From Candidatus Peregrinibacteria bacterium (GTDB lineage Bacteria; Patescibacteriota; Gracilibacteria; UBA1369; LOWO2-01-FULL-3), in contig JABIJZ010000002.1 in NCBI GenBank assembly GCA_018655275.1, positions 195,748 through 235,747 of the forward strand: 40,000 nt of DNA, written 5' to 3'. Within the stretch, counting starts at the first letter, position 1; the number at the start of each line of letters is the position of its first letter. The notes under the pieces are model-generated. The model ran no database searches. It saw nothing but the letters and a program-made list of their open reading frames with translations, and was not told where the DNA came from. This document shows, one piece after another, positions 1 through 7,932 of this stretch. A program made the translations under genes and the position numbers.

Positions 1-2
1 AA

Positions 3-242
3 ATAATAGGAATAAAAGATTTTCGCCAAAACATCACTAATATCTGGAGAGAGGCTCGAGATAAAAACATCAGATACATTGTAATGTACCACACCACACC
101 CATCTTCGAGGTGAACCCAATTGACGAAGAAGAAATGATCCTCGACAACCTTGTCGGAGACATCAAAGAAGCTCGTTCTCAAGTCAAGAAAGGTGAAACA
201 TACAGCGAAACCGAAGTCTACAAAAAACTTGGCATTAAATGA
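3..242 (+). CDS. Phd/YefM-like type II antitoxin, 5' end cut by the window edge
   Basis: Frame-3 translation reads ..IKDFRQNITNIWREARDKNIRYIVMYHTTPIFEVNPIDEEE..KKLGIK. Its TGA stop overlaps the ATG of the downstream RelE-like gene (ATGA). Confidence 0.5.
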   Translation: MIGIKDFRQNITNIWREARDKNIRYIVMYHTTPIFEVNPIDEEEMILDNLVGDIKEARSQVKKGETYSETEVYKKLGIK

Positions 243-511
243 CACACAAACTCGTATACACAAAAAAAGCCTTTGCAGATTTAGCATCTCTAACAAAACA
301 AGACACTAAAAGAATCCTTGAGAAAATTTCGTACTTCAGCAAACAACAAAAGCCCTTAAACTACGCAGTAAAACTAAAAGACCCAAAATACGGAACATAC
401 CGATTCCGCATAGGAAACTACAGAGCAATCTTCGATATCGACAAAAATGGCAACATCCATGTACTCCTAATCCTCGCAATCAAACACAGAAAAAATATAT
501 ACAAGCTGTAG
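239..511 (+). CDS. RelE/ParE-family type II toxin
   Basis: 90-aa ORF. The C-terminal YRFRIGNYRAIFDIDKNGNIHVLLILAIKHRKNIY matches the RelE/ParE signature, and the gene is translationally coupled to the upstream antitoxin. Confidence 0.7.
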   Translation: MTHKLVYTKKAFADLASLTKQDTKRILEKISYFSKQQKPLNYAVKLKDPKYGTYRFRIGNYRAIFDIDKNGNIHVLLILAIKHRKNIYKL

Positions 512-575
512 CGTCCCCCACCCAAAAAAGGTATATTGAAAAAAGTTAAAACCTCACAACCTTAACCTCAAAACC

Positions 576-680
576 ATGGGAAAAGAACGAAACGCTCAAA
601 AAGCCAACAAAAAAGAATCGACAAAAACATTAAAACAAAGAAGAGCAGAGAAAAAAGCAAAAAGAGCGAACAGGGAATAA
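576..680 (+). CDS. possible 34-aa lysine-rich small protein
   Basis: Hand-found ATG..TAA ORF MGKERNAQKANKKESTKTLKQRRAEKKAKRANRE, too short for the ORF track. There is no other support. Confidence 0.2.
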   Translation: MGKERNAQKANKKESTKTLKQRRAEKKAKRANRE

Positions 681-694
681 AAAAGGAGCCAGGT

Positions 695-723
695 TTGACA
701 TTTCAATGAATGGTTGTTAAAAT
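695..723 (+). promoter_or_regulatory. sigma70-like promoter TTGACA-17-TAAAAT
   Basis: Hexamers read directly from the sequence, about 27 nt upstream of the ATG at 750. Confidence 0.4.
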
Positions 724-749
724 CCCTCCCAATCCATTTAACAAAAATC

Positions 750-1040
750 ATGAAACAAAAACCATGTCCATATTTCGACCCTGTAGAAAACGAGCTCTCC
801 CTACAAGTAGAAGTAGATGGAAAGAGTCGTGACATCATGAATGAAAGTGATCCTAGCAAAGCTTGTGCAACAATGCAAATTGCCGGACTATGCAAAGCCC
901 ATTTCAGGAAAGCAATTCCTGAAGTTCTCGCTCAAAATTCATGTAGAAGACCTCAAAAACACAAAGAGTGCCCAGTATTCACCGGAGAACAAGCAATGGA
1001 TAGTTGGAGAGACTCCCTTTTCAACAGTCAGGACCATTGA
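750..1040 (+). CDS. hypothetical protein (96 aa, 5 Cys)
   Basis: Internal ATG of ORF 714..1040, placed just downstream of the promoter. A-ending codon usage matches the rest of the genome better than the overlapping 841..1080 frame does. Confidence 0.35.
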   Translation: MKQKPCPYFDPVENELSLQVEVDGKSRDIMNESDPSKACATMQIAGLCKAHFRKAIPEVLAQNSCRRPQKHKECPVFTGEQAMDSWRDSLFNSQDH

Positions 1041-1094
1041 AGACAAATTCGTAACATCTGAATTACGCTCAACCACCTAACACCATCACTCCTC

Positions 1095-1122
1095 TTGACT
1101 TCCCTACTCCACTCCCTATAAT
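1095..1122 (+). promoter_or_regulatory. fusA promoter TTGACT-16-TATAAT
   Basis: Hexamers read directly, 63 nt upstream of the fusA ATG. Shares the box CTCTTGACTyCCCTAy with the rplC promoter. Confidence 0.5.
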
Positions 1123-1184
1123 ACTCGCGACTTTTCGCTAACGCGAAATTTTCGCAATTAAACAACAATTTAAAACTATTCAAA

Positions 1185-3272
1185 ATGGCTGAAGATTTAA
1201 ATTTCTTGCGTAACATAGGGATCATCGCCCATATCGACGCCGGAAAAACAACTGTAACAGAACGTATCCTTTACTACACAGGAACAACACACAAAATCGG
1301 AGAAACTCACGATGGTGAATCTCAGATGGACTGGATGGAACAAGAAAGAGAAAGGGGTATCACAATTACCTCAGCGGCAACAACATGTTTCTGGAAACCT
1401 TCAAACGGTGACCAAAAATACAGAATCAATATAATCGACACTCCAGGACACGTAGACTTTACAGCAGAAGTAGAACGATCACTCCGTGTGCTAGATGGAG
1501 GAGTCGTTGTTTTCGATGGAGCACAAGGTGTAGAACCACAATCAGAAACAGTATGGAGGCAAGCAGACAAATACGAAGTTCCCCGAATCGCCTTCATTAA
1601 CAAAATGGACAAGATGGGTGGAGACTTCGAAATGAGTATCAAAACTATTTGGGACAGACTTTCGCCAAACGCTATCGCTATCCAACTCCCAATCGGAGCT
1701 GAGAACGACCACAAAGGTGTCATCGATCTTATCGAAAGAAAAGCATACGAATTCGAAGGAACCCTAGGTATAGATATTAAAGAAGTTGAAATCCCAGCAG
1801 ACATGACAGACAAAGTTGAAGAATGGAGAGCAACAATGATCGAAAAAGTTTCAGAATTCGACGACACACTAATGGAAAAATTCGTAAACGGAGAAGAACC
1901 AACAACAGAAGAAATCAAAAAAGGTATCAGAGCAGCAACAATCACAAACCAAATGTATCCAGTAATGTGTGGATCAGCTTTGAAAAACGTTGGTGCACAA
2001 TTGGTACTTGATGCAGCTTGTTGGTATCTTCCATCACCAATGGATCTACCTCCAGTAAAAGGCACAAAACCAAGATCAGAAGAACCTTTAGAAAGAAAGC
2101 TAGTAGACGAAGAACCTTTCTCAGCACTAGCCTTCAAAGTAGCAACTGATCCATTCGTAGGTACACTTACCTACTTCCGAGTTTACTCAGGAACAGTTCA
2201 AGCAGGAAGTTACGCATACAATTCAAACTCAGATACAAAAGAAAGAATGGGACGAATCCTCCAAATGCACGCAAACTCTCGTGAAGAAATCAAAGAGGTA
2301 CATGCTGGAGATATCGCCGCAGTAGTCGGTCTAAAGAAAACAAGAACAGGAGACACTCTCTGCGACCAAGCAAACCAAATCGTACTTGAAAACATCACAT
2401 TCCCTGATCCAGTTATCGCAATCGCAGTTGAGCCAAAAACAAAGGCCGACCAAGAGAAAATGGGAGTCGCCCTTCAAAAACTCGCAGAAGAAGATCCAAC
2501 TTTCCAAGTCAAAACTGACGAAGAAACTGCCCAAGTTATTATCTCAGGAATGGGAGAACTTCACTTGGACATTATCGTTGATCGTATGAAACGTGAGTTC
2601 AAAGTCGAAGCAAACATTGGTAACCCTCAAGTTGCATACAGAGAAACAATCCAAAACGAAGTTGAAATCGAAGAAAAATACTCAAAACAAACTGGTGGTC
2701 GTGGTCAATACGGACATGTATTACTAAAGATCACTCCACAAGAACCAGGAGAAGGATACGAATTCAGCAACTCTATTGTCGGAGGTAAAATTCCAAAGGA
2801 ATATATCCCAGCAGTAGATAAAGGTATCCAAGAAGCAATGACAAGAGGTACCCTCGCAGGATATCCAATGGTAGACATCAAAGCCGAACTATACGACGGT
2901 TCATTCCATGATGTGGATTCATCAGAGATGGCCTTCAAAATCGCAGGTAGCATCGCATTCCAAAACGGATGTAAACAAGCTGGTCCAGTTATACTAGAAC
3001 CAATCATGAGCGTAGAAGTTGTAACACCAGAAGAATATTTCGGAGATGTCATGGGTAACTTGAACTCAAGACGTGGTCAAATCAAAGAGTCTGGAGAAAG
3101 AGGAATGGCTAAATTTATCAAAGCCATGGTGCCTCTAGCAAACATGTTCGGTTACGTCACAGACCTAAGATCTATGACTCAAGGTAGAGCAAGTTCATCA
3201 ATGGAATTTGGTCACTACGAAAAAGTACCATCAAATGTTGCAGAAGAGATAAAGACAAAAAGGAGCACTTAA
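1185..3272 (+). CDS. fusA: translation elongation factor G
   Basis: 695 aa. GTPase motifs [17 protein letters not shown] and NKMD are present, and the gene lies upstream of tuf. Confidence 0.97.
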   Translation: MAEDLNFLRNIGIIAHIDAGKTTVTERILYYTGTTHKIGETHDGESQMDWMEQERERGITITSAATTCFWKPSNGDQKYRINIIDTPGHVDFTAEVERSLRVLDGGVVVFDGAQGVEPQSETVWRQADKYEVPRIAFINKMDKMGGDFEMSIKTIWDRLSPNAIAIQLPIGAENDHKGVIDLIERKAYEFEGTLGIDIKEVEIPADMTDKVEEWRATMIEKVSEFDDTLMEKFVNGEEPTTEEIKKGIRAATITNQMYPVMCGSALKNVGAQLVLDAACWYLPSPMDLPPVKGTKPRSEEPLERKLVDEEPFSALAFKVATDPFVGTLTYFRVYSGTVQAGSYAYNSNSDTKERMGRILQMHANSREEIKEVHAGDIAAVVGLKKTRTGDTLCDQANQIVLENITFPDPVIAIAVEPKTKADQEKMGVALQKLAEEDPTFQVKTDEETAQVIISGMGELHLDIIVDRMKREFKVEANIGNPQVAYRETIQNEVEIEEKYSKQTGGRGQYGHVLLKITPQEPGEGYEFSNSIVGGKIPKEYIPAVDKGIQEAMTRGTLAGYPMVDIKAELYDGSFHDVDSSEMAFKIAGSIAFQNGCKQAGPVILEPIMSVEVVTPEEYFGDVMGNLNSRRGQIKESGERGMAKFIKAMVPLANMFGYVTDLRSMTQGRASSSMEFGHYEKVPSNVAEEIKTKRST

Positions 3273-3371
3273 GCGAGTGTAGCAAGCAAAATTGCCTTGC
3301 GCATTACCCTTAAGTTCGCTAACATATCCGTCGCATTTAAAATATATCAATAATTCTTAAAAAAGTTTATT

Positions 3372-4565
3372 ATGGCTGAAGGAGTATTTGACAGATCGAA
3401 GCCACACGTTAACGTAGGTACCATTGGACACGTTGACCACGGTAAGACTACACTTACAGCAGCAATTACAACAGTAGCTGCAAAAAAAATGGGAGGTGCT
3501 AACAAAGCTGTCGCTTTTGATCAAATCGACAATGCTCCCGAAGAGAAAGAACGTGGTATCACTATCGCGACTTCTCACCAAGAGTACGAAACAGAAAAGA
3601 GACACTACGCACACGTAGATTGTCCAGGACATGCCGATTATGTAAAGAACATGATCACAGGTGCTGCGCAAATGGACGGTGCAATCTTGGTAGTATCTGC
3701 AGCAGATGGACCTATGCCACAAACTCGTGAGCACATCCTTCTTGCAAAACAGGTTAACGTACCTTACATCATCGTATTCATGAACAAAATGGATCTTGCT
3801 GATCCAGAAATCGCTGAGCTTTCAGAAATGGAGGTTCGTGAACTTCTTACTAAATATGAATTCCCTGGAGATGATACACCAATCATCAAAGGTTCTGCGC
3901 TTAAAGCGTTGGAAAATCCAGATGATGAAGAAGCTACAAAACCTATCGTTGAACTTCTTGCAGCTCTTGACGATTATATCCCACAACCAGAACGTATTCT
4001 CGACAAACCATTCTTGATGCCAGTTGAAGACGTATTCTCAATCAAAGGACGAGGTACAGTTGCAACAGGTAGAGTAGACCAAGGTATCGTGAACTCAAAC
4101 GACGAAATCGAAATCATCGGTATCAAAGAAACTCGAAAAGTTGTTGTTACTGGTGTTGAGATGTTCCGAAAAACTCTTGACGAAGGTAGAGCTGGAGACA
4201 ACGTTGGACTTCTACTTAGAGGTATCGAACGTGAAGAAATCGAACGTGGACAAGTATGTGCAAAACCTGGATCAATTACTCCACACACTAAGTTCGAATC
4301 TGAAGTTTATATCCTAACAAAGGATGAAGGAGGTCGTCACACTCCATTCTTCAAAGGATACAAACCTCAATTCTACATTCGAACAACTGATGTTACAGGT
4401 AACGTTGAGTTACCAGCTGATGTAGAGATGGTAATGCCAGGAGACAAAGTGAACATGATCGTTACATTGGGAGCGCCTATCGCTCTTGACGAAGGTACTC
4501 GATTCGCTATCCGTGAGGGTGGTCGAACTGTTGGTGCCGGAGTTGTAGCAAAGATTATGGAATAG
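3372..4565 (+). CDS. tuf: translation elongation factor Tu
   Basis: 397 aa with [17 protein letters not shown] and NKMD motifs and full-length EF-Tu-like sequence. Confidence 0.98.
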   Translation: MAEGVFDRSKPHVNVGTIGHVDHGKTTLTAAITTVAAKKMGGANKAVAFDQIDNAPEEKERGITIATSHQEYETEKRHYAHVDCPGHADYVKNMITGAAQMDGAILVVSAADGPMPQTREHILLAKQVNVPYIIVFMNKMDLADPEIAELSEMEVRELLTKYEFPGDDTPIIKGSALKALENPDDEEATKPIVELLAALDDYIPQPERILDKPFLMPVEDVFSIKGRGTVATGRVDQGIVNSNDEIEIIGIKETRKVVVTGVEMFRKTLDEGRAGDNVGLLLRGIEREEIERGQVCAKPGSITPHTKFESEVYILTKDEGGRHTPFFKGYKPQFYIRTTDVTGNVELPADVEMVMPGDKVNMIVTLGAPIALDEGTRFAIREGGRTVGAGVVAKIME

Positions 4566-4578
4566 TTATCTTTTATAT

Positions 4579-4798
4579 GCCCTTCAGAGACTGTTTCGGC
4601 CTTGAAGGGCCTTAAGAGAAAATCATTCTCAACAAAAAGACCGTCCCAATGATTTTATTGGCTCGGCCCCAGAAATGGGAAATCCTCGATAGTTACAGGA
4701 AGCAAAACGATCCTGTAACCAAAGTCTCCGACAAGTCGGAGACGCCAAGAACTTTATAGAAACCATATCTATAAACCGAGGATAAATCATAACTCGGT
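4579..4798 (+). promoter_or_regulatory. highly structured tuf-rpsJ spacer, a candidate S10-operon leader
   Basis: At least six stem-loops read by eye: 4579-4610 (8 bp), 4619-4656 (9 bp), 4668-4679 (CCCA-GAAA-TGGG), 4692-4719 (9 bp), 4724-4743 (7-9 bp), 4753-4775 (7 bp) and 4775-4798 (6 bp). Confidence 0.5.
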
Positions 4799-4818
4799 AA
4801 TTTAACTAAAAAACAACC

Positions 4819-5145
4819 ATGGCAGCTAAACAACAAAAAATCAGAATCAGAATCAAAGCCTTCGATCACAAAGTAATCGACGAAACAGCAAAAGTCATCA
4901 TCGACACAGCAGAAAGAACAGGCGCAGTAGTAGCAGGACCAATCCCCCTTCCAACTAAAATCGAGAAATTCACAGTAAACAAATCAACTTTCGTTCACAA
5001 AACAGCTCGTGAACAATTCGAGATTCGAACTCACAAAAGAGTGATCGACATCACAGACGTCGCTCCAAAAACAATCGAATCTCTCTCAAACATCGCTCTT
5101 CCAGCAGGTGTAGAGATCAGCATCAAAATGCTTACTGAGAAATAA
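4819..5145 (+). CDS. rpsJ: 30S ribosomal protein S10
   Basis: 108 aa, begins KIRIRIKAFDHKVIDE.. and ends ..LPAGVEISIK. Position after tuf. Confidence 0.97.
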   Translation: MAAKQQKIRIRIKAFDHKVIDETAKVIIDTAERTGAVVAGPIPLPTKIEKFTVNKSTFVHKTAREQFEIRTHKRVIDITDVAPKTIESLSNIALPAGVEISIKMLTEK

Positions 5146-5169
5146 GACCGCAACCACCACCGGCCCCCA

Positions 5170-5197
5170 TTGACAAAACACACGAAACCGATATAAT
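5170..5197 (+). promoter_or_regulatory. consensus promoter TTGACA-16-TATAAT
   Basis: Both hexamers match the consensus perfectly. Located 25 nt upstream of the ATG at 5223, immediately after the rpsJ stop. Confidence 0.55.
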
Positions 5198-5222
5198 CGT
5201 CTCCTTTTTTAAACACGCAAAA

Positions 5223-6089
5223 ATGATAGAAGGATACGACGCAAAAACCACACTCTTCACTCCAGATCGAGGCGTTAATGGAGTATACAGAATTTACGAC
5301 GTCCTTACACCAAACGCCAGAGAAGATTTTCCAACCTCAGGAATATACGAAAACGAAGAAACAGGCATTATTATTCACCCAGATCAAAAAGGATCCAAAA
5401 TAGCTCCAACCAATGCAGACACAGTCAGGCATGTATCAACCCTGCGCAACATGCCAGGAATAGAAGTCGACTGTCTTCCAATAATGGACAGATGTGAGGC
5501 TGAAGAGTCATATCCAGAAATAAGAGCGTTTTTGGACCTGCTAAGAGCAGATCCCTTGGCAGAGATGACAACCTTCGATATCAACAGAGTCAATTATCTA
5601 ATACACTTCTTAAGAAACAAAACATTAGAAACCGCCGTTGAAACATACCAAACATACGTAGCCGTAATGCTACAATTGGCTGTAAGAAATTTGGCAAAAG
5701 AAAGACAAACAACATTAAGAAACCTTATAATAGGAATAATAGAAAAAGAACTGATACATGATGGATACGAAAAAACACTTACAGCCTTAAACCAAAGAGG
5801 AGAAAGAATAATAGTATTCCCAACAGAAAACGAAAATCCAGACCTCAGAGTAAGAACAAGAACAAATACAGAAGAAACCGCAACAGATATGAACGAAACA
5901 GAGATCGCAGAAAGCGCTTGGCTCCTTAGACTTACAGCAAATATCAGACTGAAATTAAGAGGAGGCATAGCATGGGACGTATTCTTTCCAAAACACCACG
6001 GAAGCCTTAGAGTCATACCAAATTCAACCCAAGACGAACTCACCTTCACCCTGATAGACGTAAGAAAAGAAGAAGAAGACGAAGCCTAA
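5223..6089 (+). CDS. hypothetical protein (288 aa), no recognisable domain
   Basis: Long ORF with genome-typical codon usage and its own promoter. Inserted between rpsJ and rplC. Confidence 0.7.
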   Translation: MIEGYDAKTTLFTPDRGVNGVYRIYDVLTPNAREDFPTSGIYENEETGIIIHPDQKGSKIAPTNADTVRHVSTLRNMPGIEVDCLPIMDRCEAEESYPEIRAFLDLLRADPLAEMTTFDINRVNYLIHFLRNKTLETAVETYQTYVAVMLQLAVRNLAKERQTTLRNLIIGIIEKELIHDGYEKTLTALNQRGERIIVFPTENENPDLRVRTRTNTEETATDMNETEIAESAWLLRLTANIRLKLRGGIAWDVFFPKHHGSLRVIPNSTQDELTFTLIDVRKEEEDEA

Positions 6090-6098
6090 TCTAACAAC

Positions 6099-6135
6099 AA
6101 AAAAAGCCCCCAACCTCTCGGCTAGGAGCTTTTTG
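6099..6135. terminator. possible bidirectional intrinsic terminator between convergent genes
   Basis: An A-run, an imperfect GC-rich hairpin (AGCCCCCAACC / GGCTAGGAGCT, 3 mismatches) and a T-run. Confidence 0.35.
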
Positions 6136-6147
6136 TTCAATATTGTT

Positions 6148-6654
6148 TTATCTATTCAAAGTCGAAGCAATCCTTTCCCAAGCAACCTTACGAGCATCTC
6201 CAACCGAACCTATAATTCCACTACTAGCTGCCAAAGCATCAACCGCTCCATTAACCTTACGAACAGCCAAAGCTTTACCGATAAGACCTCCAACCTTGAG
6301 AGAAACAAGTCTTTCAGCTCCCTCAGGCCGTACAGGATAAGCTTCATCAACAGGTGAAGTTACTCTCTTTGCACCATATCCAGACAAAGAGCTAAGCACA
6401 CCGTGAAAAGCCTCATTAGTCACAACTTGAGCAGAATCAACATCAACACCAGTTGCTTCCACGTACCCCCTCAAAGCATTAGCAAGAGCCCTATATTCAG
6501 GAACTTCAGGTCCAGGAATAGCTTTATACTGAACATGATCTTCCCAATCAGCTCCAGTTGCATCTATAACATCATCATCACTTCCAACAACAGACAATTT
6601 AGTCACAGCACCAGCTGCATCAGCAGCCCCTTTATCTTCAATTCTATCAATCAT
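6148..6654 (-). CDS. small acidic protein, paralog 1 of the 'LRxY..FPVR' triplet
   Basis: ORF 6148..6693. I prefer the ATG at 6654 (MIDRIEDKG..) because its upstream context, TTTAACCATAGAAAT-ATG, matches that of paralog 2. Motifs ALRGYVE and AYPVRPEG. Confidence 0.65.
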   Translation of the reverse strand: MIDRIEDKGAADAAGAVTKLSVVGSDDDVIDATGADWEDHVQYKAIPGPEVPEYRALANALRGYVEATGVDVDSAQVVTNEAFHGVLSSLSGYGAKRVTSPVDEAYPVRPEGAERLVSLKVGGLIGKALAVRKVNGAVDALAASSGIIGSVGDARKVAWERIASTLNR

Positions 6655-6679
6655 ATTTCTATGGTTAAATATTTTATTA

Positions 6680-7102
6680 TTATTTAGATACAACTTCCCT
6701 CAAAATCAAACCTATCCTCCCCCTAATATCAGAAGTTTCTTCATTAGAAACACCCTTCGTCAAATTTGAAAGAGCAAGTCCAAACCGATTCAACACAGCC
6801 GATTCTTCTGACTCCATACTCGCTTCCGGATCCACAGATGATCCTTCAACCACCTCAGGACGTACCGGGAAAAGATCCGTAATAGACCCTTCAGGCCTAC
6901 CACAAATTTCTTCACCCAAAAGCCGAACAATACCTTCAAACGCCAAATTCGCACGAACCTCAGGCCCCAATTCATCAGGGGTTTCACTATCAGCAAAAGA
7001 ATGTTCCATATAGCCTCTCAAAGAATCTGCCAATTCACGAAGACACACATCCTCAAACACTCCATCTCCCTCACTACCTTGTTTTCCCTTGTCTGCACTC
7101 AT
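6680..7102 (-). CDS. small acidic protein, paralog 2 of the triplet
   Basis: ORF 6680..7150. I prefer the ATG at 7102 (MSADKGK..) because it lies downstream of two promoters. Motifs SLRGYME and LFPVRPEV. Confidence 0.65.
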   Translation of the reverse strand: MSADKGKQGSEGDGVFEDVCLRELADSLRGYMEHSFADSETPDELGPEVRANLAFEGIVRLLGEEICGRPEGSITDLFPVRPEVVEGSSVDPEASMESEESAVLNRFGLALSNLTKGVSNEETSDIRGRIGLILREVVSK

Positions 7103-7131
7103 ATTATTATGGTTAAAATTTTCCGGGCACG

Positions 7132-7160
7132 ACTCTAATGAATCGCACAAACTTTGTCAA
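7132..7160 (-). promoter_or_regulatory. promoter TTGACA-17-TAGAGT (minus strand), proximal to paralog 2
   Basis: Read from the reverse complement. Confidence 0.45.
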
Positions 7161-7190
7161 TTTAAAATCACAACAAAGCATAAGAATGTT

Positions 7191-7218
7191 ATTATATACA
7201 CTTTTTCAAAGTTGTCAA
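7191..7218 (-). promoter_or_regulatory. promoter TTGACA-16-TATAAT (minus strand), distal to paralog 2
   Basis: Perfect hexamers on the reverse complement, preceded by GGGG. Confidence 0.5.
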
Positions 7219-7240
7219 CCCCTACCCCCTCACGAACCTA

Positions 7241-7705
7241 CTACATCTCTTTCGTAATAACCTCAGCAAGGACAGCTTCCACCCCACTTCTATAAGAAAC
7301 TGTAAGCAGTTCTGGTTGAGCAGCTCCACTAAACACGGCAGCAGCAAAAAGCACTTTCTTTTTAGCTTCCACTCCCCCTGAAACTGGAGTAGGCGAAGGA
7401 TCAGCACCATCACGAACCGGAAAAGCATCCTCAATAGATACAAAACCTTCAGGCAACGCCTCTCCCATCAATTCAACAATAGAACGATAAGCAAAATCAA
7501 CTCTCCTTTCTATACCTCCGCCAACATCACCATCATTTTCCTCATTTATAACATTTTTTTGCGCCCCAATATAATCCCTCAAAGCACATACAAGCCTCTC
7601 TTGGGGAGAATACGCTCTGTCATTTTCTTCAGCTAGCACAGCTCCTTGGACCAGCGCCAAGCCATAAACTTCCGAAACATCTAGATCACCTTCATTATCA
7701 GCCAT
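7241..7705 (-). CDS. small acidic protein, paralog 3 of the triplet
   Basis: 154 aa with motifs ALRDYIG and AFPVRDGADP. Has its own promoter. Confidence 0.65.
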   Translation of the reverse strand: MADNEGDLDVSEVYGLALVQGAVLAEENDRAYSPQERLVCALRDYIGAQKNVINEENDGDVGGGIERRVDFAYRSIVELMGEALPEGFVSIEDAFPVRDGADPSPTPVSGGVEAKKKVLFAAAVFSGAAQPELLTVSYRSGVEAVLAEVITKEM

Positions 7706-7736
7706 ATTTAATTGATTAAACTATTACAAGAAAATG

Positions 7737-7765
7737 ATTCTAAAGTATTTTTGCAAATTTGTCAA
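7737..7765 (-). promoter_or_regulatory. promoter TTGACA-17-TAGAAT (minus strand) for paralog 3
   Basis: Read from the reverse complement, preceded by GGGGGG. Confidence 0.5.
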
Positions 7766-7819
7766 CCCCCCTAATGAGCCCCACCACAAACAGCCCAAAA
7801 ACTTCAAGAAAAAAAACTC

Positions 7820-7848
7820 TTGACTCCCCTATACCCCTTCTGTATAGT
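7820..7848 (+). promoter_or_regulatory. rplC promoter TTGACT-17-TATAGT
   Basis: Hexamers read directly. The same CTCTTGACTyCCCTAy box occurs at fusA. It predicts an ~80-nt leader containing a 6-bp hairpin (CTTCTG..CAGAAG). Confidence 0.5.
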
Positions 7849-7932
7849 GCAGCAGCAATTGACTCAAGTACGTTAATAGCCTTCTGTTACGGGTTGCCGA
7901 AAATCTGTCAGAAGCACTAACCACTACTCATT

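Noticed and set aside
841-1080. A 79-aa ORF overlapping the 750-1040 ORF.
   Set aside because: It uses many G-ending codons (aag, gtg, ccg, ctg, tcg, cag), which is atypical for this genome, and it has no promoter or start context of its own. I kept the 750-1040 frame, at low confidence only.
1322-2137. Long antisense or off-frame ORFs inside conserved genes, for example 1322-2137 (-) in fusA, 10479-10994 (-) in rplV, 12520-13005 (-) in rplN/rplX, 15451-16044 (-) in rpsE and 18192-18647 (-) in adk.
   Set aside because: They lie entirely within confidently identified genes on the other strand or frame. They translate to low-complexity Ser/Leu/Phe-rich sequence and are explained by the strand-skewed composition.
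4566-4818. A tRNA gene or other classic RNA gene in the tuf-rpsJ spacer.
   Set aside because: I could not build a cloverleaf, and there is no GTTCRANYC T-loop or matching acceptor stem. The hairpins are consecutive and independent, so I report the region as a structured leader.
5146-7932. The S10-operon insert as a mobile element or prophage remnant.
   Set aside because: No integrase, transposase or recombinase-like ORF is present, there are no terminal inverted repeats, and only a vague C-rich similarity (ccaccac / gcccc) exists at the two borders. This is insufficient to call a mobile element.
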